Translations under genes and position numbers: made by a program
Notes under the pieces: model-generated
What the model was told of the DNA's origin: nothing
What the model saw: the letters and a program-made list of their open reading frames with translations, nothing else
The model's database searches: none
Assembly: GCA_905234465.1 (NCBI GenBank)
Contig: CAJOHU010000001.1
Coordinates: 31,708 to 95,707 of the forward strand
Length of the DNA stretch: 64,000 nucleotides
Source: an uncultured Alphaproteobacteria bacterium
GTDB lineage: Bacteria; Pseudomonadota; Alphaproteobacteria; Rs-D84
Reading direction: 5' to 3'
Part shown: piece after piece, positions 8,719-20,200 of the stretch
Layout of the letters: each line of letters begins with the position of its first letter
How positions within the stretch are numbered: position 1 is the first letter of the stretch

Positions 8719-9624
8719 TTAGCGCGTTAACGGTTCAACCGCGTATTCGCCGGGTTGAATCGTCTGAATCAAGTTATTGTTTTCATCAACCGCCGCACGA
8801 AACTGCATGCCGCCTGTTGTAAATTCTGTCTTAAACAAAGCATAACCCGTTCCGCCACCAGACGTCGGACCTTGGGTACCAAGTGAATAATAACCACCCA
8901 AAATACCATAGTCTAAATCAATATAGTCCAAATTTACCAATAAAGACACATTACTAAGCCCGTCACTGGTCATATTACATGTGAATTCGCGATTGGACAG
9001 TGTTGCCGAAGAATTATTCGGAATAACAATATCCATAACAGTTGGCTCGCAAACCCGACCTATTCCGTTGACCAACAATTCATATGTCATGTTCACGGTT
9101 GCACGCGAAAGCCCTGTTGAAACATTTACCTGGGAAATTGTGGCCTTTGGTATCTTGACCAATGCGTTCGCAATACCCGAACGAACCGGAAAAGATATCC
9201 CAGATTGCAAACAATCGCGCGAAAATGGGTCTGCTTCACAGATATAAAGCCGTGAATGCGCATTCATCATAAATATGTTAACAAGACTGTTAAACAGAAA
9301 TGTTCTTGTGATTTTGTCGTTTAACCGTGTGCATCCAAAATTACGACATACAATCATGGGACGTTCCGCAAACATTACACCCGGATGTGCCGCAGATTCT
9401 GCATTGCGTGCATCTATTATGTTTTGATCGTAATTCAGACTGTCTGCGCGTTGCATAAATTCACTTTCGGGGACAAAATTGGGGTCGTCTGGATACGCAT
9501 AATATGATTGAACAGGCGTTTCTGTGTATATTGTTTGAAAATTTTCTTGTATATATTCGGTTGCGCCAAACGCACCCGTCACAAAAAACATCCCAAAAAT
9601 CGCCGCGAAAGTAGAGTTTTTCAT
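8719..9624 (-). CDS. secreted hypothetical protein (signal peptide, no recognisable domain)
   Basis: 301 aa. N-terminus MKNSTFAAIFGMFFVTGAFGA. Several Cys. A Gly-rich C-terminal region. Confidence 0.55.
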   Translation of the reverse strand: MKNSTFAAIFGMFFVTGAFGATEYIQENFQTIYTETPVQSYYAYPDDPNFVPESEFMQRADSLNYDQNIIDARNAESAAHPGVMFAERPMIVCRNFGCTRLNDKITRTFLFNSLVNIFMMNAHSRLYICEADPFSRDCLQSGISFPVRSGIANALVKIPKATISQVNVSTGLSRATVNMTYELLVNGIGRVCEPTVMDIVIPNNSSATLSNREFTCNMTSDGLSNVSLLVNLDYIDLDYGILGGYYSLGTQGPTSGGGTGYALFKTEFTTGGMQFRAAVDENNNLIQTIQPGEYAVEPLTR

Positions 9625-9763
9625 TTTATTTGCCCTTCCCTTATATATTTATGATGCTATTTTATCTTATTATGCCCATTCGTGTCAAAGCAAAAATTTT
9701 TATTGAAAATCTATATTCGTTTGTACTATAAATTCTGTGTGCATATAAATAAACAATGGAAAG

Positions 9764-10432
9764 GTGTATTATATGGTTGATATTATTATATCTGGCGAAG
9801 TCGGAAAATTGCATGCGGTGTATCACAAATCTTTGACGCCTGCGGCGCCTTTGGCGGTGGTATTGTCGGGCAATCCGCGGCAAAAACATCATATGAACGA
9901 TAGGATATCTTATGCGATGTTCCGGGCGTTTATGGATATTGGATTTTCGGTGGTGCGTTTTGATTACCGTGGCGTTGGCGATTCCGAAGGCGGACTTGGA
10001 ACAACGGCAGATAATATGTTAGATATTGCCACAGTTATAGATTGGATACAAAATCATAATGAAGACAGTGATAAATTGTGGTTGGCAGGACATCAGTTGG
10101 GCGCATGGTATGTTTTACAAACATTGATGCGGCGTCCCGAGGTTTCGGGCTTTGCACTGGTTTCGCCCGATGCGTCCGTGTCGGACTTTGCATTTTTATC
10201 GCCACGACCAAATCGTGGACTGTTGCTTCAGGGTGCAGAAGAATCTGAAGATGCGCGGGCGTTTTCAACACATATTACCCAGGTGCTTAAGAAACAGGCA
10301 CAGATTGATTTGGAAACTATTCGCATCAAGGGTGCAAATGAAACCTATGGCGCGCCCGCAGATTTACGACAATTATATAATGACCTTAAGGCGTATGTTG
10401 GACGCGAAAACGCTGATACTAAATTACTGTAA
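9764..10432 (+). CDS. alpha/beta-hydrolase-fold protein (COG2945-like). The usual nucleophile motif reads GHQLG rather than GxSxG.
   Basis: The motif RFDYRGVGDSEG is typical of this small hydrolase family. LWLAGHQLGAW sits at the nucleophile-elbow position. Confidence 0.55.
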   Translation: MYYMVDIIISGEVGKLHAVYHKSLTPAAPLAVVLSGNPRQKHHMNDRISYAMFRAFMDIGFSVVRFDYRGVGDSEGGLGTTADNMLDIATVIDWIQNHNEDSDKLWLAGHQLGAWYVLQTLMRRPEVSGFALVSPDASVSDFAFLSPRPNRGLLLQGAEESEDARAFSTHITQVLKKQAQIDLETIRIKGANETYGAPADLRQLYNDLKAYVGRENADTKLL

Positions 10433-10445
10433 TATTGGATAATGC

Positions 10446-11435
10446 ATGGAAAGTACAAACAGATTTCTTGATCCGAATATCCCAGACGAAATGGCGGCAA
10501 CGATTCGCCCGAAAACTTTATCAGATTTTATCGGACATGATGGATTGAAACAGAATTTATCTGTGTTTATATCTGGGGCGCGGTCGCGTGGCGAACCGAT
10601 GGATCATGTTTTGCTGTATGGACCGCCGGGATTGGGCAAGACGACATTGGCGCACATTATTGCAAATGAATTGGGCGCAAATTTTCGGGCAACATCTGCG
10701 CCTATGTTGACCAAGCAAGGCGATTTGGCGGCGATATTGACTGCATTGGAACCGATGGATGTTCTGTTCATAGATGAAATTCATCGTTTGCCAACCGCCA
10801 TAGAAGAAGTGTTGTATTCTGCAATGGAAGATTTTAAGTTAGATATAATGTTGGGCGAAGGTCCGTCGGCAAAAAGTGTGCGAATTGATTTGCCGCCATT
10901 TACATTGGTTGGGGCGACTACTCGTACCGGTTTGTTGTCTAATCCTTTGCGGGACAGATTCGGAATTGATTTAAGGCTTAGTTTTTATCCACCCGAAGAT
11001 TTGGCAAAAATAATACGGCGCAGTGCGGGAATCATTGGTACGGAAATTGATGCGGGGGGCGCGGTGGCGTTGGCAAAAAGTTCGCGTGGAACCCCGCGTA
11101 TCGCGAATCGTTTGTTGAAGCGTGCGCGTGATTTTGCCGCGGCAATGGGTACCGGTATAATCACGCCTGATGTGATAAAGACCACATTGGCACAGTTGCA
11201 TATTGATGAATGTGGTCTTGACCAAATTGATCGCGAATATCTGAATGCGATAATCATGCATTATGCGGGTGGACCGGTTGGAATTGATAATTTGGCGGCG
11301 GCACTATCTGAACCGGCAGATACAATAGAAGATGTAATAGAACCGTATTTGATGCAACTGGGGCTTATTCAGCGAACCCCCCGTGGGCGAATTGTGACGG
11401 ATGCGGGGTATCGCCATGTGGGGTTGGAGAAGTAA
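10446..11435 (+). CDS. ruvB: Holliday junction branch migration ATPase RuvB
   Basis: Walker [14 protein letters not shown] (Walker B/sensor). C-terminal winged helix. Conserved throughout with the RuvB family. Confidence 0.95.
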   Translation: MESTNRFLDPNIPDEMAATIRPKTLSDFIGHDGLKQNLSVFISGARSRGEPMDHVLLYGPPGLGKTTLAHIIANELGANFRATSAPMLTKQGDLAAILTALEPMDVLFIDEIHRLPTAIEEVLYSAMEDFKLDIMLGEGPSAKSVRIDLPPFTLVGATTRTGLLSNPLRDRFGIDLRLSFYPPEDLAKIIRRSAGIIGTEIDAGGAVALAKSSRGTPRIANRLLKRARDFAAAMGTGIITPDVIKTTLAQLHIDECGLDQIDREYLNAIIMHYAGGPVGIDNLAAALSEPADTIEDVIEPYLMQLGLIQRTPRGRIVTDAGYRHVGLEK

Positions 11436-11437
11436 TC

Positions 11438-11818
11438 ATGAAAAAACATACATTTAATTTTTCGGTTGCCTATGCCGACACCGATGCGGGTGGGATAATG
11501 TATCATGGGCGATATATTGAAATTGCAGAACGTGCGCGTATGAATTGGTTGGGGCATAATGCACGACCCGTCGCAGGTGATATCGGTTTGGTTATTCGCG
11601 ATTTAAGTATCCGCTATATAAAGCCTTTATTTTTGGCGGATGAATTCATTGTAGAAACGGTTGTGACGGCGGTTGGTGCGGCGTCTGTGTCGGTTGAACA
11701 AAAATTCGTGAAAAACGGTGAAATATGTGCTATACTTACCGGGACGGCGGCGTATTTGAATGCGACGGGACGTCCAACACGGATGCCAGATATTCTGGTT
11801 TCTGCGCTTAGGAATTAA
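11438..11818 (+). CDS. ybgC: Tol-Pal-associated acyl-CoA thioesterase (4HBT fold)
   Basis: The motif YADTDAGGIMYHGRYIEIAERAR is typical of YbgC. It lies immediately upstream of tolQRA. Confidence 0.8.
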   Translation: MKKHTFNFSVAYADTDAGGIMYHGRYIEIAERARMNWLGHNARPVAGDIGLVIRDLSIRYIKPLFLADEFIVETVVTAVGAASVSVEQKFVKNGEICAILTGTAAYLNATGRPTRMPDILVSALRN

Positions 11819-11836
11819 AGGAAAAAAGGAATAGAA

Positions 11837-12277
11837 ATGAATGCATTTTCGTTTTGGAAGTTGTTTACAGGCGATATTGTGACGGCGGTTGCGTCCATTG
11901 TCTTGGTGGTGTTCAGTGTGATGTCTTGGGCGGTGATTGTGGAAAAGATACGCCTGTTTCATGGAATTAAACATAAAAAACCAAGTGGAACCCCAGACGA
12001 AGCGATTCGACCATTTGATAAAAATTTGTGGTTTTTGGCGATGGTGGCGTATGTTTCGCCGTTTATTGGTCTGTTTGGTACGGTTTGGGGGGTGATGGAT
12101 TCTTTTGCGGCGATTGGTGCGAATCAATCGGTCAGCATTGGTGTTGTTGCACCCGGTTTGGCGATTGCGTTGGGAACGACGGCGTTGGGGTTAATAGTTG
12201 CGATACCTGCGGCGATTGCACACCAAGTGTTTTCTAAACGCACGGATGAATTATATGATAATCTTGGGGGAAAATAA
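11837..12277 (+). CDS. tolQ: MotA/TolQ/ExbB-family proton channel (short, 3 TM)
   Basis: Three hydrophobic helices. A conserved TM2/TM3 region (GLFGTVWGVM, PGLAIALGTTALGLIVAIP). Context is ybgC-tolQ-tolR-tolA. Confidence 0.75.
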   Translation: MNAFSFWKLFTGDIVTAVASIVLVVFSVMSWAVIVEKIRLFHGIKHKKPSGTPDEAIRPFDKNLWFLAMVAYVSPFIGLFGTVWGVMDSFAAIGANQSVSIGVVAPGLAIALGTTALGLIVAIPAAIAHQVFSKRTDELYDNLGGK

Positions 12278-12278
12278 C

Positions 12279-12680
12279 ATGACACGTGTGCGTCGCAGAA
12301 TTTCAGATGTGACATTATCATTGACGCCAATGATAGATGTTATGACGGTATTGTTGGCGGTGTTCATGGTGACTACGCCAATGATGACGAACGGCATAGA
12401 TTTAGACTTGCCGAATGCGGGCACTACTGTTTTGACGGGGACCGACCATGCCATGCAAATAAGTGTGGATTCGGCGGGGCGTTATTTTATTGGTACGGAT
12501 AATTTGCCGTTGGATGCGGTGATTAAGCGCGCGGTTGCGATGCGGGGCGAGAATTCTAAATTGGCGATTGTTATAAATGGTGACCGGCGTGCAGATTATG
12601 GTGCGGTTATGGCGGTTATGGGAAAATTAAAGTCTGCGGGTTTTGAACGCGTTGGGTTGCGGACGAAATTGGATAAATAA
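12279..12680 (+). CDS. tolR: TolR/ExbD biopolymer transport protein
   Basis: The motif LTPMIDVMTVLLAVFMV is the ExbD/TolR TM signature with its conserved Asp. The ATG at 12279 comes 1 nt after the tolQ stop. Confidence 0.75.
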   Translation: MTRVRRRISDVTLSLTPMIDVMTVLLAVFMVTTPMMTNGIDLDLPNAGTTVLTGTDHAMQISVDSAGRYFIGTDNLPLDAVIKRAVAMRGENSKLAIVINGDRRADYGAVMAVMGKLKSAGFERVGLRTKLDK

Positions 12681-12682
12681 GA

Positions 12683-13435
12683 ATGGCAAAGATAGACCAT
12701 TTCTTTTCAGAAAATATTGGAATTTCCGTTTTGGGACATTTGGTATTGTTGGCGGCGGTGGTGCTGTTGGCGGATGTCGTTTTTGTTGGGTTTAACCGGT
12801 TTGTCGCGCCCGACAGGATTCAGATTACAATGATAGATTTGGATAATGTGCGTGTGTCTGGGGATGAAACGGTGCTTTATAATACAAATACAGACAATAA
12901 CAAAAAAGACGATTTGAAAAAGCCGGATAACAAGAAAATACAGGAACAAAATGCCGCGCCGAAACAGAGTGAAGAAATGAAATCTACCACCCTTGTCCCG
13001 GATACAGAAAAAAAACAAGATAAAAATAAAAAGAGTGACAGTCCGGCACCCGATGAAACAGTTGCCCCGAAAACCAGTACGATTGTGCGGGTGAATCGGA
13101 ATGTTGTATCGTTGGACAGGACGCTTACTGTATCGGTGGTTGATGCGTTGCGTGTGGCGATGACGCGTTGTTGGACGATTGATACGGCGCATCCTGGAAT
13201 TGATGGAATTCGGGCGGTTGCGCATTTGACAATGCGGCAAAATGGAACGGTATCTGATGTTTGGTTTGAATCGGCGACGCGTGCGGAAACCGATGCGGCG
13301 TTTGCCTATGTTTTGGAAACGGTTCGTTCCGCGATAAATGTGTGCCAGCCTTTACGTATGTTGCCGATTGCGGAATATGACAAATGGAAAAAGATTCAGT
13401 TAACATTTTATCCCACCACCGGCGCAGTAATGTGA
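12683..13435 (+). CDS. tolA: TolA-like protein (N-terminal TM anchor, Lys/Glu/Asp-rich linker, C-terminal TolA/TonB-type domain)
   Basis: Anchor ISVLGHLVLLAAVVLLADVVFV. A charged linker of about 90 aa. The position after tolR is conserved. No tolB/pal follows, which is unusual. Confidence 0.55.
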   Translation: MAKIDHFFSENIGISVLGHLVLLAAVVLLADVVFVGFNRFVAPDRIQITMIDLDNVRVSGDETVLYNTNTDNNKKDDLKKPDNKKIQEQNAAPKQSEEMKSTTLVPDTEKKQDKNKKSDSPAPDETVAPKTSTIVRVNRNVVSLDRTLTVSVVDALRVAMTRCWTIDTAHPGIDGIRAVAHLTMRQNGTVSDVWFESATRAETDAAFAYVLETVRSAINVCQPLRMLPIAEYDKWKKIQLTFYPTTGAVM

Positions 13436-13436
13436 G

Positions 13437-13812
13437 AGAGTGGTTAGTGGATAGTGTTAGTGGTTAGTAAAACGGTGGCGTTCGCCACCGTTTTACGTCA
13501 CACCGCCTAAGGGCGGTGCCCAGTCTGAGCGTAGCGAAGACCTGCTCCGCAGGAGATTTTTCATCGCGGTGCGATGAAAATCTTTGGTGTCTGCGACGCA
13601 AGTTCACAGCGTTGCTGTGAACTGGGTCCCGGCCTTCGCCGGGATGACTGGTGTCTGGAATATTAGCCCCTAACCACTAACACTAGCCACTATCACAGCC
13701 CCTATCCCCCCGGCGGTTCCGCCGTACCCCTTCCCACAGGTAAGGGGAATTAAAAACGGTTGCCTTTTGCAACCGTTTACTAACCACTTACACTAACCAC
13801 TAATTACTAATT
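13437..13812. repeat. MITE-like composite element (about 375 bp). Its terminal inverted repeats are built from GTTAGTGG units (13437-13469 and 13780-13812), with an internal copy at 13667-13696. It encloses at least 6 stable hairpins.
   Basis: Left end: gtggttagtggatagtgttagtggttagtaaaac. Right end: the reverse complement ctaaccacttacactaaccactaattac. Internal hairpins include aaaacggtggcgttcgccaccgtttt, caccgcctaagggcggtg, gattttcatcgcggtgcgatgaaaatc, gttcacagcgttgctgtgaac, cccggccttcgccggg and aaacggttgccttttgcaaccgttt. Confidence 0.45.
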
Positions 13813-14294
13813 TTGCCGTGGCAGTTGGAATATAAGCCGGATTCTGTTCCGCCCAAATCCCGTGTCGTTCCGGCGCGTGCGACACCAAACATTGGGTGGC
13901 AAGCATAATTAATCTGCAAATGGCGTTGCCGCCAAGTGTCAAGCCCTTTACCCGTTTCCGATTCGGAACAAATCATTGGAAACCTATTTAAGGTTGCTGC
14001 GCACAGAGATTGCCCGTTTCACTCAAACACGCGTGGTGTTTGCTTCGTCACTGTTGCTCTAATCGTCAGATTGCTCTGCCCGGTAATTAGCCGGTGTGCT
14101 GTTCCGGTGCAGTCCGGACTTTCCTCCGCCATGGTGATGACGGCTATGCTTTTTCCAACTGCCGCGGGACAGGTTAGAATAAGGTGGCAATAAAATCAAC
14201 AAAATTTTTATATAAATTTTTTATATTTTTGTCTTGCACGGGTGTGGATAAATTGCTAACGTTTTTATCAAAGGGGAAGGAAGAAAACAGAAAA

Positions 14295-17200
14295 ATGTCC
14301 ATATTTCGCAGGTTTTTTGGCGTTTTAACAATCGCATTTTGTTGCGTGTTTGCCGTACATTCCGCATGGGCAAATTTTTACATCACCACAACAACCACAG
14401 GCTATTATCAACATGCTCCTACTGTATGCATAAAAGCCAAGGGTTCGTTTTTTGTTGATTGGGGTGACGGGGGAACTGATTCCTGTCATAATTCAATAGT
14501 AAAAAGTTGCTGTAAAACTCATACTTATTCAGATAATAGCATATCCCACACTGTAGAGATAAGTGGGCAACCAACAGAGTATGCTGACTATACCAATGCC
14601 ACTTTTGATGCTCAGCCAACAATAGCATTTTGCAATTGGGGCAATCCTTATCTTTTCCATTGTGCGGCGCCCTGGGTGGCGGGCATATCTGGGTCTATTG
14701 GTGAAATTTTTCCGACACTTGGTAATGGAAATAACCCAGGGCAACAACCATCGTTTAGCCATACATTTGGCAGTATGCCCAATTTAACCGGCACTATACC
14801 CGCTAATTTATTTAATGGGGTTCATGGAACGCCTGTGCGGTGGATGTTTAGCAATTTGTTTTTTGCCGATACGGGTTTGACCGGCAGTATACCGTCAAAT
14901 TTATTCAGTGGTATTACGGGTACGGCTGTCGGGGCATTTGCACATGCGTTTGGGAGAACCACCCATTTGAATTGCCATGTCCCGGCGGGTTTGTTTCATA
15001 ATATAGTGGGCAATGTTCCTCAGAGTATGTTTTATGAGACTTTTGCGGGTAGTCCGGAAAATGGACCGGATGATGGTTTTTGTACAGAAAGTGGCACATA
15101 TGGTTGGATAGCGCCCGATGCGTTTTCTATATCTCGCTTGTATGGCACGCCTTTTTCTAATTATCAAATGTATCGGATGTTTTATAAGTCTGGTCTGGCA
15201 CAAAGTTGTCCAAGTGGTTATACCCAATGGGTGACGGGGTTTGAAGACGATTGGGATGGTCGCAAGGCGTGTGTCCCGTCAAGTATGACACTTACGACCA
15301 ACTGCGGGGAAGGAACCGGTAACGGCACAAGTATGAATGTTTCATATAATGATAATGTAATTGTGGGATCCCCTTCGTCTTGGGGTTGTACTGCACCGGC
15401 GGGCGAAACATTCAGTCATTGGGCGGTGTCAAACAGTACAGACACATATAACGCAGGTCAGCAGTTTAATTGGCACTATGTACAAAACAAGGTGTTTACA
15501 GCCGTATGGGAAGGACATTATTATAATTTCGCGTTAAATCATAAAGACGGATCAAACAATGTGAATACGGTTTATGAAAAATACAATACCGGTTGGGCGA
15601 CCAGTGCAAATGCGTCTTCATGGAATTGGAATATGATTCTTCCACAAGATACTGTGCGCGATGGATACACTTTGCGTGGTTATTATGATTATGATTTTGG
15701 GGATGTAAGCAGCAATGATACTGTAAGTGAAACAGAAGCGTATTATCATATGAAAATTAAGTATGATAGTAGCAGCAGTGGGTGGAAACTGCCTGCGCCA
15801 ACTCAGGCGCCGGGTGCCACATGGTATGCGGCATGGGCGCGTAATTGTGCACCGGTTGCGCCCGCAACATGCAGTTTACAAATTGCTCCGCACACTGGTT
15901 CTGTGACGTACGTCACCACGTGTCCGGAAGGATATAATAAAGTCAATGGTACTTCATACAACCCGAGTTGTACGCCGGTGGGTGTGACAATTACTTTAAA
16001 TAATAATGATGCCACATCGGCGGGAACGACCAGTTTGACAACAGCGTACGGTGTCGGGGTTTATCTTGATGGTACTTTGATGACCACAAGTGGTCCTTCA
16101 ATTACCAAACCGCAAAAGCAATTTACCGTCACTTATTATGCCCAGGGCGGAACGATGACCGGTGGCAATTCAAGTATCACGCAAACCGCAACATCCACAT
16201 TTGATGGGTATTATTATGCCGAGAACAATAATGCACCTGTCCAGGTCATTGATGATGATGGATATATAACAACCAATGGTGATACGATTGGTAAAGAGTA
16301 TACCACCAATGCAACATGGACGGCGCAATGGTCGGGGGGGGCGGTCACTTTGCCGAATGCCCAACGTCCGGGGTGGACGCTGGTGGGGTGGAAAACATCG
16401 GGAAATTGTGGTGGGTCATTGGCAGGTACCCCGGGGCAGCACTATACCCCGGATGGAAATATAATGTTGTACGCATGTTGGACAAATGTGCCATATTATA
16501 TAATCACATTGGCCGATGGGTCTTATAATGATATTATACAAAACGGCATGATTACCGGGACAAATGGTGGCTGTACCAGGGCCGGGTTGCAATATGGTCA
16601 AGGTTGGCTGAATATATGCGATGCCCCATTGCGTGGTGCGCTGTCGCTAAGCCAGATTCCAAAACGACCAAACCATGTGTTTAATGGATACTGGGCGGAA
16701 TTGGCGGGTGGCGCGTCGGGCGTAGATAGCCAGGTCGTTACCAAAGACGGCGAATTTTGGGAAACAAGCGAGGTTTTAAATGGATTTGTGTCCGATTCAA
16801 CGATTACCGCATATTGGCAACCAAAATATCTTATAACGCTTAATCCCAATGGCGGCAGTGGTGGTGACACATCTATATATGAAGGATATGGGGTTGGTTG
16901 GTCAAAAACACAAAATGGTGATTATACTGATACTATAACAGTTACTAAACCACAAAGAACGGGCTATACATTTAGTGGATATTATGATGATCCGAATTTT
17001 GGTATAAAATACATTCCTCGCAGTGGTGTGGTATCATTAAGTCCTGCAACATTTTCAACACCAAAGACACTGTATGCACATTGGTCCCCGCGGAGATATA
17101 CCATCACATTAAATGATAATGGTGGCAGTGGCGGTCAGGTCGGTGACGCGTCGTCACACTGTACCACAGCCGACTTGGTGTACGGTACCCGTTGGGAAAA

Positions 17201-20200
17201 TGGATGCGATTCGGGCGGTGCTGTATATGACCGCGGTGCCAGTGGCAGTGGCGAGGGTGACAAAACAGAAACGGGCGAATCGGGTGAAGGCGGGTCTGGC
17301 GAAAAAGCCGCATCAAGTTCTTCAAATACCGGGTCCAGCAGTTTAAGTTTGTATCCTCCTCTGCCTACAAGAGATGGTTATATTTTCAATGGGTATTGGA
17401 ATACGTCCGCATCTTCTGGTGGAACCATGATTGTTACTCCACAGGGGGCTTTCCGCGAGGTAGATGCTGCCTTGACCTTTACATCCCAGGATGCGACTAT
17501 ATATGCGCGTTGGGAATCGGGAACACCAAGTAATACGATATATACGATAACATTAGACCCCAATAACAATGGGGCGGATGGAAATCGTCCACCAAAGATA
17601 TACCAAAAGGGAACTTCTTTCTGGGCGGATTCAAGCGCAACTGACTACCCGATTACTGGTTCTGTATTTGACCCGATTGCCGACGGTGGTGCGGGTATAA
17701 CTCGCCCAACCCCACCAAGCGGTAAAGCGTTCAGTGGATACTGGGATGACAGAATGACGGAACGGTTTACCGATGCAGATGGAAATATAGTGGCAACTGC
17801 TTATTTCACAGGCGCTGCAACGGTTAATGCCCACTGGGGGGATGCCGCCACGACAACGGTTACATTGGATGCGAATAATGGTACCCCATGTGCAACAAGA
17901 ACGGTGACCGCCACCCAGGGGCACGATATGCCGACATTGACGTGTGGTCCAACACCGCCCCCCGGGTATGACTTTACCGGGTATTATAAGACAGAATATG
18001 GGGGGTGGCAGTATTATGATGAACAACCGGCGTCGGTGCATGTTTGGGATCAAACAACATCAACCGCAACAATTTATGCAGGATATGAGCCGGCGGTTCG
18101 TGATGTGTCGTATCTGTGCAACAGCGGTGGGATTGGTTCGGCTAATATGGTGGATCAGGCGACGTATGGTTCCGAATATACTATCAAAGATTTTAGTACT
18201 GTTGGGTGCAACGCAATCATCGGTAAAAAGTTCATAGGGTGGACTATATCAGGATCCAATACTTTCGTGGAACCGGGCAAATCATACCAAAATTGGCCAT
18301 ACTATACCGATTTAACTCTGGTCGCCAAATATTTGGACATATACACTGTGACTTTGCGGCACCCCGATGCGACAAATAGCCCTATGCCGCGTGTCGCATA
18401 TGTTATACCATACACATCTGATTCAGCTGGGTATGAAGGTTGGTATTCAGAGTCAACCGCCGATACACCTCTTGTGGCCATGATTACGGCACCGCAACGT
18501 CCGCTGTATGATTTTACCGGGTATTTCTATTTGCCAGATGGTGATACACAATCCGACGAGATACAGATTGTGCGCGAAAACGGGTATTTTTTTGATAATC
18601 AAGAAACATTAGAGTTAATTACATCAGATGGAGTTGCAGACGCAGCTTGGAAGCCTGTATCGCCAGAATTGACTATCACGACTACATCGTTACCGGCAAA
18701 TACAACATTCAGATTCTATATCGGTGCCACGGGTGAATTTGTTATAACGTGGGGCGATGGACAGACACAAACCGTTTCTTCACCGGGTATCGTTTCGCAC
18801 ACCTATTCCAGTGCAGGTGCGCGTACCATCGATATTGTCGGAGATGCTACAAGTTATACAGATGCGTACACAACAGGAACTATATATAATACCGGCCGAG
18901 TGGCAGAATCTAGCCAGTGGTCAAACAATGCTGTGCGCCCGATCCAAATTAATTTCCCGGCGGCGATACGGTTTGGATGTGAAGCCGAGGATACATCGTG
19001 TGCCCTAACCCCACAATTAATTAGTGCTGTGCATGGATCTTTGGGTGATGTGTTTCCGACGCTTGGTACCGGAAACACGCAACAGCCGCGGTTTAGTCGG
19101 ACGTTCGCAGGCTGTACTAACTTGACCAATGTTCCTGAAGATTTGTTTGGAGGTGTGTATGGTGCGGCAATACCCGGAATGTTCTATGGTACATTTGAAG
19201 ATTCTGGGTTGGTATCTGTTGGACAGAATTTGTTCAGCGGTATAACATCGTTCGCACCGCACGCATTCCAAAGAACATTTATGGGATCTGATTTGTCTAC
19301 TGTGCCGGCGGGGTTGTTTAGTCATATTTCTGGCGCCCCAGCCGAGGCCATGTTTGCGTATACTTTTGCGAACACACCGTTGCGCAGCATACCAAGTGGT
19401 ATATTTAGTGGTGTCGTTGGTGCACCGGCGGTCGATATGTTCTGGGGAACATTTAGTGGGGTTCCTTTTGTATATGGAAATACTTTGCCGGCGTTGTTTA
19501 GTGGTATATCAGGTGCGCCCGCCAAAGGTATGTTTGATTCAACGTTTTATAATAGTTATAACCTAACTGGCACGATACCGGCTAATTTATTCGGCGGCAC
19601 CAATTTGTCGGGTGTGCCGGCAGAACGCATGTTCGCAAGTACATTCTATGGTTGTTATAATTTAAGTGGTTCTATCCCGGCAAATCTGTTCGGTGGCATG
19701 GGATTAACCGGTGCATCGGCGGTTGGAATGTTTGATACAACATTCTTTGCGTGTATCGGTCTAAGTGGTTATGTTCCAATGACACTGTTTGGTGGAATAT
19801 CTACATCTAATCCAGCAGCTGATATGATGAATCATGTGTTTCAGCATTCTGGGTTATTGCCAGTTTGTCCATGCGGAACACATGATTATACCACCGGTTT
19901 TGAATCTTATTGGGATGGCAAGGTTTCTTGCGAAGTCGGGTTAAAACCAAACGAACATTGGTACGGCGATATATGTGTAGAAGATTGTGCGGCGGGTATA
20001 ACGCAAATAAGAACAAGTACAGGGCTGTCTTTCCAAATATTAAAGACAAAACCAACAGAACATGCAATTCATATTAGTGCCCCTAGTGATGGTACGGTTT
20101 GCTATGTGCCATTGGAATCTGGGCTTGGAGGCACGGACAGTATGAATGTTGCATATAGTGGTACAACATATCATCTTGGAATTGTTTCTGATACTGCGCC

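Noticed and set aside
12028-12454. Alternative-frame ORFs overlapping tolQ and tolR
   Set aside because: They lie out of frame inside confidently assigned genes.
14419-19525. Numerous 60-140-aa ORFs on both strands inside the giant gene
   Set aside because: The long single frame has coherent repeat-domain structure. The others are chance ORFs in repetitive, Gly/Thr codon-rich DNA.
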